From IMG/VR virus record IMGVR_UViG_3300030095_003360, positions 1-44,590 of that record: 44,590 bases of DNA, one strand, 5' to 3'. The stretch comes from a virus. Its lineage: Duplodnaviria; Caudoviricetes. The notes below the pieces were generated by a model. That model saw only the letters and a program-made list of their open reading frames with translations. It did not search any database and had not been told where the DNA came from. A program made the position numbers and the translations under genes. This document shows positions 28,075-37,663 of this stretch, piece after piece. Numbering within the stretch: position 1 is the stretch's first letter; every line of letters begins with the position of its first letter.

Positions 28075-29231
28075 TGCCAGACACAGTACCAGCAATGTTA
28101 GAACCCGGAGAATTTGTAATAAGAAAAGACGCTGCGGCAAAGATAGGAGATAGGAATTTACAAATGTTAAATAACTACGACAGACTCGAGAATGGTCATA
28201 CAGACATAGACGAAATAATAGCTTTAAGTACTTTAAATGGCGCAGTTAATATGAGTCACGGGGGTAATGTAATGAAAGAACCTCAGACTGGATACTTTCA
28301 AGACGGTGGAAAAGTAAATGATATGAGGAATAGAACAGGTGGGTACAGCATTGGCGTTACTGACTCATTGGGTATGGCTTATAAAGGATTAGAAGATGTA
28401 ACAAATGTTCTAAAGACCGCTGGGCAAGGAAGTAGATACAGTGCTCTTAACAAACCTCAAAGGGAAGCCTTGGATGTATTAGACGAATCTGGTGTATATG
28501 ATATTAAAAAAGCTTTAGAATTCTTAGACCTTATCTCTGAAAATAGAGCAAGGAAAACTGGGTATAACACATTTATACCTAGAAGTTCTGAAGATAGAAT
28601 AAGACTTTTAAGAAAAGGTAAGATTCCTGAGATGCAAGAAGGTGGTTGGGGAGGCTCTACTTATGATATTCTTAGAGATGCTGAAGAAAATGTAGGTGCA
28701 AGGGTGGCTCAAGCGGATGATAGAGAACAGTGGGAGGCAAGTGCAGTCCCAGATATGACTAGTTTCCTTGAAGCTCAAGACGCTGATAGAGCCGCTGGTA
28801 GTCAAACACTTAAAGCAGCCCAAGTAGGTGCTGATGCTTCTATGGCTAAAACCGGTTTAAACGTGGGAACTGTATCGGATTCATTAAGTAAAGGAAGAGC
28901 AGATTTGTATGGCGCATACGCAGATAAATCTATACAAGGAGTTTCATCTGCATTAGATAAAGCAAGAATGGACGCTACTATGAACTTAGATGCAATGATT
29001 AAAGGTGGGGCTCAATCTGCTGAAACATTACACAGATTTGAAGAACATCCAGATTATGGAAGAATTTACAAAGTTAGTAATATCGACATAGATGACCCGA
29101 ATGGAAATCTGATTGCACCAATGTTCAATAAAGGAATATTTGATAACGCTAGGAGGTACAATATGGATTACATAATGGTAAATGACGAGATGTATCAATT
29201 TGATGGTTCTCATTATACTAAAATGCAATAA
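28074..29231 (+). CDS. Internal virion/ejection protein with N-terminal DTVPAML.PGEFV domain
   Basis: MPDTVPAMLEPGEFVIRKDAA; MSHGG, FQDGG, MQEGG motifs. Confidence 0.6.
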   Translation: MPDTVPAMLEPGEFVIRKDAAAKIGDRNLQMLNNYDRLENGHTDIDEIIALSTLNGAVNMSHGGNVMKEPQTGYFQDGGKVNDMRNRTGGYSIGVTDSLGMAYKGLEDVTNVLKTAGQGSRYSALNKPQREALDVLDESGVYDIKKALEFLDLISENRARKTGYNTFIPRSSEDRIRLLRKGKIPEMQEGGWGGSTYDILRDAEENVGARVAQADDREQWEASAVPDMTSFLEAQDADRAAGSQTLKAAQVGADASMAKTGLNVGTVSDSLSKGRADLYGAYADKSIQGVSSALDKARMDATMNLDAMIKGGAQSAETLHRFEEHPDYGRIYKVSNIDIDDPNGNLIAPMFNKGIFDNARRYNMDYIMVNDEMYQFDGSHYTKMQ

Positions 29232-29258
29232 CAATTATTAATTACACAAAGGAATTTT

Positions 29259-30440
29259 ATGAGTCTAAGAATACAAAGATTACCAGAAATAGTAATTCAA
29301 GAGGCGCCAAACCCTTGGGCTGAAGCAGCCGATAATATCTCTAATGCCATAACACAAATGAGTAGCCCTGAGTATCTTCAGGCTAAAAGAAGGGAGGAAA
29401 GAGATGATGCTCGCCTAAAGTTAGAACAAAATAAGGCAAAGTTATTAGAAGATGAATACTTCTTTAATAAAAAAAGACAAATGGAACAAGACATTGTTGA
29501 TAATGAGAAGAATGAATTAGACATTAAAAAAAGTAAAATAGCTTTAGATGATACAGAGTGGCAAAATTACTGGACAGATACACAAGATATTTTAAATTCA
29601 TCTTTAGAAAATATGGGAATAGATGAGAAAGCAAATTACGATATTTCGTCTTTACTTCCTAGTGGAAAAAATTATAAACATCTCACTAGGGCTAAAAAAC
29701 TATTAGAAAAACGTATGGAGCCATTTAAGTATCAAAATGATAAAGCCAACAAAAGGCGGGAAGATTTAAATAAAAACCTTGGAACGGATTACTCATCATT
29801 AGATAATGACCTTTTCCTTAGTGAAGGGTTTCAGGATATTATTAAAGACTCAATAAGGCAACGGTTAACCGGTGCAATGACCCCTGAGCAGGAACAAAGG
29901 TTAAGCTATTTAACTTTTAAGATTAAACATCAGACAGATAGGGTAGAAAGATTTCAAGACCGATACGAATCGTCTACTAGCAGTGCAGAAAGAGCAGCTA
30001 TAAGTGACAATCTAAACAATTCTGAGCAACAACTGGATAGGTTATACTCTGAAATTGAAGGAATCTTTAATGTAAAAACCAAAGATAAGACTGATGATAT
30101 AATAATAGACCTCGACGATATAGATAATCAAAATAACGATGAGGAACCTAGCTCTGGTTTTCTTGATAAGATATTAAGTAATTTAAATACCACATCTGCG
30201 TCAAATAAGCCAAAAAAATTAGCTCAGCCAGATATAGATATTTATGATATGGAAAATAGTCCAAGCATATGGGAAACACTTAACTTACTTCCGGGATATA
30301 GTAGTGACAACCCAATAGAAAACACCGCTAGGAATTTTGGCGAAGGATTGGACAATTTATTTGCTCCAGATAATGACCTATTTGAAGATACTATTTCAGC
30401 AATGGTGAAATCTAAAGGAGCTGTTAAAGGTCTTAGATAA
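29259..30440 (+). CDS. Putative ejection protein
   Basis: Coiled-coil, acidic, located between ejection-type genes. Confidence 0.5.
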   Translation: MSLRIQRLPEIVIQEAPNPWAEAADNISNAITQMSSPEYLQAKRREERDDARLKLEQNKAKLLEDEYFFNKKRQMEQDIVDNEKNELDIKKSKIALDDTEWQNYWTDTQDILNSSLENMGIDEKANYDISSLLPSGKNYKHLTRAKKLLEKRMEPFKYQNDKANKRREDLNKNLGTDYSSLDNDLFLSEGFQDIIKDSIRQRLTGAMTPEQEQRLSYLTFKIKHQTDRVERFQDRYESSTSSAERAAISDNLNNSEQQLDRLYSEIEGIFNVKTKDKTDDIIIDLDDIDNQNNDEEPSSGFLDKILSNLNTTSASNKPKKLAQPDIDIYDMENSPSIWETLNLLPGYSSDNPIENTARNFGEGLDNLFAPDNDLFEDTISAMVKSKGAVKGLR

Positions 30441-30442
30441 CA

Positions 30443-33400
30443 ATGACAAAAGAGCAATTACTACATAAAGCAAGAGAAGGGAACCCCTCTTTATTAAATG
30501 TGTCTGACGATGATGCATTTGCATTGATAAAACAAAAGTACCCTGATATAGAAGATAAGATTTCCAACCCTATGTATAAGCCTATTCCTTTTGGTGATAG
30601 TAATATAAATACTAGCATATGGGACTCAATGCCTAATGCGCTTAAAAAAGGATATAATAATTCCTTGCAAGGTATGGCTCACGAAATAAGAACAGGAAAT
30701 AAAAGATTTGACTTATCTGGATACGAGCCTAGTGTTATTGGGGACTTGGGGGCAAGTATAGCATCATTTTTTATGCCTTTAGATTTGATAACCACTGGTG
30801 CTACCGGAGGTATTGGGGCTACTGTTGGAAAATCTGTAGTTAAAAAGTATGTTTATAAAAAATTATTAAGGAATGGAGCAAACAAAAAAGTAGCATCGTT
30901 ATCCGCTGAAAAAGCTGGAGAATTTGCAGCTAGGACTTCTGCAAGTGCAAGTGGATTAGGTTACTATTCTGGGGCTGGAGAAGCTCTTAACCAATATTTA
31001 GAAAATGGGGCAATTAATCCTTTAGGGGTAGTAAAAGCTGGTGTAAATGGGGCTATTCTAGGTGGAGTATCTGGAGCTACTGGAGCTTATTTAACTAATA
31101 AGGGGGCAAGCACCTTAACAAAAGTACTGGCAGAAACTGGAGAATTTGGTGCAGGAACTGCTATATTAGAAGGAAGGGCACCAACACCTCAAGACTTTGT
31201 ACATGCAGCAGGTATGATAGTTGGTATAAAGGGAGTTAATAAGGTAGCAAAAAAATCGTTTTCTGAAATTAAAAAATTTGCAGAAGAGTCAAAAAAACCT
31301 GAGTATAGATGGGAAAATATTCCAGATGACTTGCCAGATAAAGAAGCTTTTGTAAGAGCGGAAGCAGAAACTCGTGCAAATATTAGAGAGGGAAGACTAA
31401 GAAGAGACACATTATATTACGATAAAAATAATAGAAAAATTAGAGTATTAAAAGATGATATAGGCTCTGACAAGGTACAGTTTGAATTTTTAGATACTGG
31501 AGAAAAGGTTGTAAGACCAAAGCAGTTATTTGCTACTTATTACAGAACTGCTGATAAAAAAGCAATGAGCCCATCTCAATTAAAAAACTCTAGAATAGAT
31601 GAGGTACGTTACGCTGAAAAAAAATTAAAATTATCCAACAAAGAAAAAGAAACAAATAGAAACTTATTAACAGGTAAAGAAAGTACAAATACTAAATTAA
31701 GCCAAGCTTCAAACGATAAGCTTATAGATTATAGGCGTAAGTTAATGAATGAAGTATATGTTAAAGAACAAATAAAAGAAATGAATGCTAATGGTATAGA
31801 AATGGTAAAGCCTAGATATAGTATGTTTTTAGATAAGCTATTGCCAAAGCGTGTAAATAAATTACTTGATATTACAAGACCAGCAATGTTTCAAGGGAGT
31901 GTAGACCCATATAGAAGAATCTATGTAGCGAAAGTTGATAAATTTGTAGCCGAACAAAGAGGTATGTCTGCTAAAATATTTGACCTTATGAATAGAGCTG
32001 GGTTTAATGAAAAAAATAAACCAGATGATGTGCATATACGTGAACTATCAAGGGCATTAAAAATAAACAAAGGTCAAGTTTCTAAAAATTATTGGGAATT
32101 ATTATCTAAAGCAGTAGAAGAAGGAATAGAGACAGAACACACTAAACAATATAAGCAAATTTCAGATACAATATTTGACCACGCAGTTCGCTCAGGTGTT
32201 GACGTGTCTGGGTATATTTCAAACTACATACCTAAGATGCTTAAAAAAGATATAGCTGAAGTTGTTTTTTCTGATATTATGAAGTTAGCAGATAGCGCAT
32301 TAGATAATTCTAAATACTCAAAAAATAAAGAACTTAGAGTGTTTAATTCTAAGTCTGAGGTAGTTGACTTAGTTCTACAGTCAATGAATAACCCAGAGTC
32401 TTTTGCGAAAGATAATCCTACCGGTGCTAAGTTTTTAAATAAATTAGTAGAAAGGGGTTTCCAGAGAAATAAATTTGGCAAAGAAACAACTCAAGCATTT
32501 AACTCCTTATTGGAAAATCACGGTAAAGAACTTGGAGATTTAAAGGCTTTTAAAATTATGTCTATCTTAGGAAGGCAAACATACTCAGAGGTTTTTAGAC
32601 TAGATGGAAACTTAGAGAAAAAAAGAAAATATAATTTACCAGATGAATTTTATGAAAAGGATATTAGAAATTTACTTGGTAAATACTCCAGTAATGTAGC
32701 AAGGCGTTCTGCTGAGGTAAGTAACTTTGGAAGAAAGGGAGAAATATATAATAAGATTATAAATAGCGCTACGGTTGGAGATGCGGCTATTATACAGGAG
32801 TTGCACAACCATGTATTGGGGACTATTAATTATAATCGAGATTATAATTGGAATCCTACTATGAAAGAATTTACTAAAAAGGTAATGGAGTGGGAGACTC
32901 TTTCGAAAATTGGATTAGGTACTGCAACTCAGATTAACTTATCTCAGTTTACAATTTCCTCTGCATTATCTGCGGGCTACGGAAGGTTTTTTAAAGGTGC
33001 TTATAAATACTACACAGATAAAGAGTTTAAGAGACAAGTGGATGCTTCACCTGCTAATCTATATAAGTATGTTAATGAGCTGGTTGGAATATCACAGCAG
33101 TCCACTATGGGAAAAGGTATACTTAGTAAACTTACCAAAGCTTCAACTAAGTATAGTGGCTTTGACGCAATCAACTCTCTTAATAATGTATTAGCTGCGT
33201 CTACAGCAAGAGTTTTACTTGATGACTTGCAATCTATAATGACGAAGGGTTCTAGTGTACCCGGAAGGAAGAAGTGGGCTACTGCTAAGTTGCAAAAGAT
33301 GGGAATTAATCCATCTGAAATAAAAAAAGGTCAAATAAGTCAAGAAAGTATTCTTAAATCTATTGGAGACTTTGCAATAGATTCACAGCTACAGCAAAAC

Positions 33401-34174
33401 ATCCTTAGAGACCCTCTTGTTTTAAATAGACCATATGTGAAGCCTCTTTTACAGTTTAAATCATTTGGAATTAGGCAATTTAATTACATTAAAGATACGT
33501 TAGTTTATGACGCACTACATCATAATTATATGCCGTTATTAAGATTAGGCGCTGCTGGATTTGCAACTGGAGCGATTGGTTTAAAAGCTAAAGAACTTAT
33601 GAAGATGTTAGTTTCAGGAGAAAAAACCTATGAACCTTCAAAATTTCTTACAACAGATGTTGAGGATATAATAGGAAATATAGCGGCTCTTGGAGCATTT
33701 GGATATGTGGGTGACTTAATGAGGTCTGCATTAGAGGAGAGCGGTGGGGATACGTCAGATGCCCTTAAGTTTCTTGCTATGCCTGCATTTGCATCAGACA
33801 TAGAGCATTTTTTTAATAGGTTTTTACCAGCACTAGAGCAAGATTATAAAACATACGGTGTAAATTCATACAAAAGAGTTCCAGAAAGACTTTTAGTTGC
33901 TACGGGCTCCCCATTACTTAGGCAGTCATCAATACACTTAGCTACCGAAGGTAGAAAATTAGAAAGAAAAAAAGGTAGAAAGAGTTGGTTTCTTGGTAAG
34001 GTTATGAATAGGCTTGTAAAGTCTAAAACTGATAAGGATTATGATAAAGCCATGGAAATGATAAAAGATTGGAATAATGCTAACCCTGACTTTATAATCA
34101 CAGGAAATGATATTGATAATAAAAAAATACATGCAAGAAAAATAAGAATGTATAAAAAACAAGCCAATCTTTAG
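30443..34174 (+). CDS. Large internal virion/DNA ejection protein (putative)
   Basis: 1243 aa; G/A-rich membrane-like N-terminal region, QFKSF motif in the C-terminal helical region; last gene of the late block. Confidence 0.6.
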   Translation: MTKEQLLHKAREGNPSLLNVSDDDAFALIKQKYPDIEDKISNPMYKPIPFGDSNINTSIWDSMPNALKKGYNNSLQGMAHEIRTGNKRFDLSGYEPSVIGDLGASIASFFMPLDLITTGATGGIGATVGKSVVKKYVYKKLLRNGANKKVASLSAEKAGEFAARTSASASGLGYYSGAGEALNQYLENGAINPLGVVKAGVNGAILGGVSGATGAYLTNKGASTLTKVLAETGEFGAGTAILEGRAPTPQDFVHAAGMIVGIKGVNKVAKKSFSEIKKFAEESKKPEYRWENIPDDLPDKEAFVRAEAETRANIREGRLRRDTLYYDKNNRKIRVLKDDIGSDKVQFEFLDTGEKVVRPKQLFATYYRTADKKAMSPSQLKNSRIDEVRYAEKKLKLSNKEKETNRNLLTGKESTNTKLSQASNDKLIDYRRKLMNEVYVKEQIKEMNANGIEMVKPRYSMFLDKLLPKRVNKLLDITRPAMFQGSVDPYRRIYVAKVDKFVAEQRGMSAKIFDLMNRAGFNEKNKPDDVHIRELSRALKINKGQVSKNYWELLSKAVEEGIETEHTKQYKQISDTIFDHAVRSGVDVSGYISNYIPKMLKKDIAEVVFSDIMKLADSALDNSKYSKNKELRVFNSKSEVVDLVLQSMNNPESFAKDNPTGAKFLNKLVERGFQRNKFGKETTQAFNSLLENHGKELGDLKAFKIMSILGRQTYSEVFRLDGNLEKKRKYNLPDEFYEKDIRNLLGKYSSNVARRSAEVSNFGRKGEIYNKIINSATVGDAAIIQELHNHVLGTINYNRDYNWNPTMKEFTKKVMEWETLSKIGLGTATQINLSQFTISSALSAGYGRFFKGAYKYYTDKEFKRQVDASPANLYKYVNELVGISQQSTMGKGILSKLTKASTKYSGFDAINSLNNVLAASTARVLLDDLQSIMTKGSSVPGRKKWATAKLQKMGINPSEIKKGQISQESILKSIGDFAIDSQLQQNILRDPLVLNRPYVKPLLQFKSFGIRQFNYIKDTLVYDALHHNYMPLLRLGAAGFATGAIGLKAKELMKMLVSGEKTYEPSKFLTTDVEDIIGNIAALGAFGYVGDLMRSALEESGGDTSDALKFLAMPAFASDIEHFFNRFLPALEQDYKTYGVNSYKRVPERLLVATGSPLLRQSSIHLATEGRKLERKKGRKSWFLGKVMNRLVKSKTDKDYDKAMEMIKDWNNANPDFIITGNDIDNKKIHARKIRMYKKQANL

Positions 34175-34178
34175 GTAG

Positions 34179-35510
34179 TTAAAAAGGTTTAGGTGTACCA
34201 CTAACATTTTCACCTCTTTCCTTAGCCATAGATACAGCTTCTGCTTCTGTATTAGTAACTAAACAACTATTTCCATGATACCCAACCTCGCAAGAATTAG
34301 TACTCCCATACCTATTCTTAGCAACAATTAACTCTAGAAAGCAATCACTATTACCATCGTCACCATATCTAGATACCCAAGGGTAATGTGAGAATACTAC
34401 AATCTCAGCATCTTGCTCTAGGTTACCAGATTCTGCAAGGTCAGACAGCCTTGGTATTCTATCGTTTCTATGTTCCATATTTCTATTCATTTGAGACACT
34501 AATATAACAGACATATCTTGAGCCTTAGCTAACCATTTATAACTTCTGCTTACGTCTCCTATCTTCAGTCTTAAATCTCTTCTATCGTTAGCTGGGTGCT
34601 CTATTAGTCCTATGTGGTCATCAATAACAACATCTGGGTTTATAGCTTTTATCTCACGAAAGGTTCCTTCAATATCTCTTACATCGTCAAACATAAATAA
34701 CTTATCACTGTAAGTATCTGATATTAAAGAAGATACATCGCTTAGTTCTAGTTGGTCTATACCTACATTATTTCTAAGGTTTCTGTATTGTAAATGCTTA
34801 GACTCCATAGCTATAAATTTCTTCATCATTTCTGTATTAGGCATCTCTCTATTAAACATTGCTACTTTCATCCCTTTATGCACTAGGTTCCTAGCAATAT
34901 TTGCAGACACAGTTGTCTTAGCATTGCCAGGTCTACCTGCTATAATAGTTATCTCTCCCCTTGTCATCCCAGTAATCACCCTATCTAACGTACCTATACC
35001 AGTAGCTATTTGAGTAGTGGAGTTAAGTATAGAATCCTTAGTGTCTTTTAATAAAGAATCTATATCAAATGTTTGATTTGGTTGAAGTTTAATTATATTT
35101 CCTATAGTTGTATGTGCATCTTCTAAGAGATTATTAGTGTCTAATGAAGGGTCGTTAATACCTTTTGATATATCATTTACTTGTACGTAAAGTATTCTAC
35201 GTAAGTAATACGAATGAAGTCTCTTGGCATATTCTACGGCATTAGATGGTGAGGTTACAGAATCTAAAAACCCAGTAATTTCATACTTGGAATTGTACCC
35301 ATCTACATTATTCCCCACCTCCTCACATATAGTTATTAAGTCTATATTACTATCCTTGCTATGTAATTTATCTAACGCTTTCCATACTTTCTTATTGAAA
35401 GATGAATAAAAGAACTCATCCCCGGGTATATATTGTTTTACTGAGTCTATGTAAAAGCTATCGGTTATTAAGCAACCGAGCAATGCTTGTTCAAGTTCAA
35501 CACTCTTCAT
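34179..35510 (-). CDS. dnaB: Replicative DNA helicase DnaB
   Basis: EQALLG N-terminal domain, GRPGNAKT P-loop, SQMNR, P.LSDL.ESG.LEQDA, IVAKNR.G. Confidence 0.95.
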   Translation of the reverse strand: MKSVELEQALLGCLITDSFYIDSVKQYIPGDEFFYSSFNKKVWKALDKLHSKDSNIDLITICEEVGNNVDGYNSKYEITGFLDSVTSPSNAVEYAKRLHSYYLRRILYVQVNDISKGINDPSLDTNNLLEDAHTTIGNIIKLQPNQTFDIDSLLKDTKDSILNSTTQIATGIGTLDRVITGMTRGEITIIAGRPGNAKTTVSANIARNLVHKGMKVAMFNREMPNTEMMKKFIAMESKHLQYRNLRNNVGIDQLELSDVSSLISDTYSDKLFMFDDVRDIEGTFREIKAINPDVVIDDHIGLIEHPANDRRDLRLKIGDVSRSYKWLAKAQDMSVILVSQMNRNMEHRNDRIPRLSDLAESGNLEQDAEIVVFSHYPWVSRYGDDGNSDCFLELIVAKNRYGSTNSCEVGYHGNSCLVTNTEAEAVSMAKERGENVSGTPKPF

Positions 35511-35886
35511 GGTTATCCTTTAGTTTGGGTGGAATTCTATCCAAAGACCTTCTCTCATATTCTTGCCTAAGTCTATATCTCTTACTCTCGTTCTTTATAA
35601 TACCTGCAAGATATCTAATATTAAATCCCTGCTCTATCCCACCTTTCTTTTTAAACTTACTAATAGATTCGATAATAATATTGTCATCTATTTTTTCTAT
35701 ATCTGCCAAGAATCCTGCAACATCAACATCGTGTATCGCCCAATGTTTAGATAGTTCTATTATTATATTGTCTATTTCTTTCAATATATTAACAGACCTA
35801 GCCAATCTTAAAGACCTCAACCTTAGTGTTACATTTTTCTTAGAGATTTTACCACTACATAACGGGCATTTACTCACAGAGACCAC
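35497..35886 (-). CDS. Putative replication initiator/helicase-loader-associated protein
   Basis: CPLC N-terminus, YLAGIIKN resembling the DnaD-type motif; directly upstream of dnaB. Confidence 0.45.
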   Translation of the reverse strand: MVSVSKCPLCSGKISKKNVTLRLRSLRLARSVNILKEIDNIIIELSKHWAIHDVDVAGFLADIEKIDDNIIIESISKFKKKGGIEQGFNIRYLAGIIKNESKRYRLRQEYERRSLDRIPPKLKDNHEEC

Positions 35887-36289
35887 ACTCTTTTCTTTCT
35901 AGTGGTACGTTAATAAAGACAACTCCGTTAACATATGCATTGCCTTTCCCTTTTCTACTAGTGTAGTCTACACCAGTTTGGTAGGGTTTAAAGCACTTAC
36001 CACATCTGTAAACACTTGTTGATGTAGACTGCATAGCAACCCCTTGAACTGCTCCTCTACCTCTAATTGCTTCATAGTCTATCCATTCATCTCCTAAGTA
36101 ATGCTGAATATCTAGTATCCTAGCTTTAGTAATTAATCCGTAGTTTTCTTTTGCGTTAATCGGAGTTTTTTTAGTGTGGAAAGTATCTCTAGAAAGTCCG
36201 TCATTGGTATTATAGCGTACGACTTTCCTCTTGATTCCTTTACGCATTGAAGGTGTAATCCCTCTATTTGACCCTGAGGCTTCAACCAT
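35870..36289 (-). CDS. Zinc-finger hypothetical protein (true start probably downstream of 36289)
   Basis: CGKC...CGLC; long overlap with the resolvase makes the start uncertain. Confidence 0.55.
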   Translation of the reverse strand: MVEASGSNRGITPSMRKGIKRKVVRYNTNDGLSRDTFHTKKTPINAKENYGLITKARILDIQHYLGDEWIDYEAIRGRGAVQGVAMQSTSTSVYRCGKCFKPYQTGVDYTSRKGKGNAYVNGVVFINVPLERKECGLCE

Positions 36290-36477
36290 TCTGCTATCCT
36301 TTTCCGTACCTTACATTGCACGGTGTATTCTTCTATTGTTAAGTCAACCTCTGCGTCTAGCCCTAACGACCTTCCGTCAGAACCCCACGCCCTTGTGGAT
36401 TTTAATCCATATTCTTTAGCGAGGTTTACGATTTCCCTTTCAAACCTATTTCCTTTTGCTTTGCTTTTTGACGGCAC
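36133..36477 (-). CDS. Holliday junction resolvase (Hjc-like PD-(D/E)XK)
   Basis: SK.KG.RFERE, DL, VQCK motifs. Confidence 0.85.
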   Translation of the reverse strand: MPSKSKAKGNRFEREIVNLAKEYGLKSTRAWGSDGRSLGLDAEVDLTIEEYTVQCKVRKRIAEWLKPQGQIEGLHLQCVKESRGKSYAIIPMTDFLEILSTLKKLRLTQKKTTD

Positions 36478-36482
36478 GTCTC

Positions 36483-36737
36483 CTACTCCTTCTTTTCTTT
36501 TTGAATGGGCTCTCGAGGAATTTCATCATCCCCTTTTCTATTTTCTTCCATAAATCCATTTATCTTTTCCTCCATGAATTTCTTATAGCCTTCAGTTTCT
36601 CCCTTCATTTCTAAGTATTGATATAGGAAGTCACCTATTACATCTATTGCTGATTTGTTAGCTAGGACTAGCTTAGTAAGAGTATCAATATCTCTTTTGA
36701 TAGTTCTCTTTGTTATGTTATTTTTTTTATGTTTCAT
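36483..36737 (-). CDS. Hypothetical protein
   Basis: 84-aa ORF in the operon. Confidence 0.65.
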   Translation of the reverse strand: MKHKKNNITKRTIKRDIDTLTKLVLANKSAIDVIGDFLYQYLEMKGETEGYKKFMEEKINGFMEENRKGDDEIPREPIQKEKKE

Positions 36738-36763
36738 TATTTTTTTACTTTAGTAATAAGATA

Positions 36764-36944
36764 AGGGGGTTATACATAGACATTGTATCTACAAAAATAG
36801 TGCCAACCATTTTTCATATCCTTAATAACTTTTATTTCAATAAGATGTTCTAACTTAGATTATCTCTTTAAAGGTTCTTACTCGATTATGTATTCACGAA
36901 GTAAGTTTAGATTATTAAATAAAAAATGTCTCTGTATACCCCCT
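36764..36944 (-). ncRNA. Candidate structured non-coding RNA (~180 nt)
   Basis: ~20-bp closing stem plus several internal helices, in an intergenic gap of a densely packed operon. The strand is inferred from the operon. Confidence 0.5.
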
Positions 36945-36960
36945 AAACTTTTTACTCTTA

Positions 36961-37095
36961 TTACTTCTCTAGCCTTGACTCTATTCTATCCAATCTATAT
37001 GTCATGAAACCCCATATAGTTAGCATGTAGATAGTTTGAATTAAAACATCAAAGGCTTGTGTTTGCAATATTTCCATTGCGTATGTTAGTGCCAT
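36961..37095 (-). CDS. Small membrane protein (44 aa)
   Basis: Manual translation MALTYAMEILQTQAFDVLIQTIYMLTIWGFMTYRLDRIESRLEK; GAGGAG RBS. Confidence 0.65.
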   Translation of the reverse strand: MALTYAMEILQTQAFDVLIQTIYMLTIWGFMTYRLDRIESRLEK

Positions 37096-37097
37096 AA

Positions 37098-37208
37098 TTA
37101 CTCCTCTTCTTTCTTTTCTTTGTTAGTGTTATGTGGTGAGTGAAGTATCATCAAGCTTCCTATAAATAGGAATACAATCACCCAACTTATTATTTCTAAG
37201 ACGCTCAC
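37098..37208 (-). CDS. Small membrane protein (36 aa)
   Basis: GTG start with AAGGAG RBS; MSVLEIISWVIVFLFIGSLMILHSPHNTNKEKKEEE. Confidence 0.55.
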   Translation of the reverse strand: MSVLEIISWVIVFLFIGSLMILHSPHNTNKEKKEEE

Positions 37209-37302
37209 TTGGAACTCCTTTCTTTTCTTTACAGCTACTACAAACGCCATCTTTATTAGGCGTAGGTTTGTCACATCTGTGACAGTGAAATAACATCGGC
37301 AT
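37129..37302 (-). CDS. Small zinc-finger protein (57 aa)
   Basis: AGGAG RBS; MPMLFHCHRCDKPTPNKDGVCSSCKE... Confidence 0.65.
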   Translation of the reverse strand: MPMLFHCHRCDKPTPNKDGVCSSCKEKKGVPSERLRNNKLGDCIPIYRKLDDTSLTT

Positions 37303-37315
37303 ATCTTTCTCCTAC

Positions 37316-37428
37316 GGGTGCTTTAGAGTGTCTAATATTTGGAGGTATAAACTCAAGGTGCACCCAAACCTATATAACAACAAGGGATAATTCTTTGGGG
37401 TGTTTTACATCAATGAAGGCACACCCCA
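37316..37428 (-). ncRNA. Candidate antisense sRNA cassette: two hairpins, anti-RBS linker and anti-SD loop
   Basis: GGGTGC/GCACCC and TGGGGTGT/ACACCCCA stems; on the - strand the linker reads UAUCCCUUGUUGUUAUA and one loop contains UACCUCC. Confidence 0.45.
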
Positions 37429-37447
37429 CGCCTTTTAGGGTTTAGAT

Positions 37448-37663
37448 TTAACTACTACTACTCGTAGAGTTTAGTGAATATATAGCATAGCCTTTACTTC
37501 TATCTGTGCTAATATCCATATTAAAAACATGCCTTAGTTTCCAAATAATAGCAGAAAGTCTATACGCTCCCCATCTATTAATTGCTGTCTTACCAGTCAA
37601 CTTTCTACCTGAGGATAAAAAGTCTCTCACTTTATCTATTTGCGGTTTTCTTTTACGTGCCAT
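37448..37663 (-). CDS. Winged helix-turn-helix DNA-binding protein
   Basis: L..G..LT...A....G.YRL.A.I..LR....I.T pattern; AGGAG RBS. Confidence 0.75.
   Translation of the reverse strand: MARKRKPQIDKVRDFLSSGRKLTGKTAINRWGAYRLSAIIWKLRHVFNMDISTDRSKGYAIYSLNSTSSSS

Noticed and set aside
36764-36944. tmRNA/tRNA or MITE interpretation of the GGGGG...CCCCC element
   Set aside because: No T-arm (GTTCRA) or CCA end, no clear target-site duplication, no second copy and no transposase.
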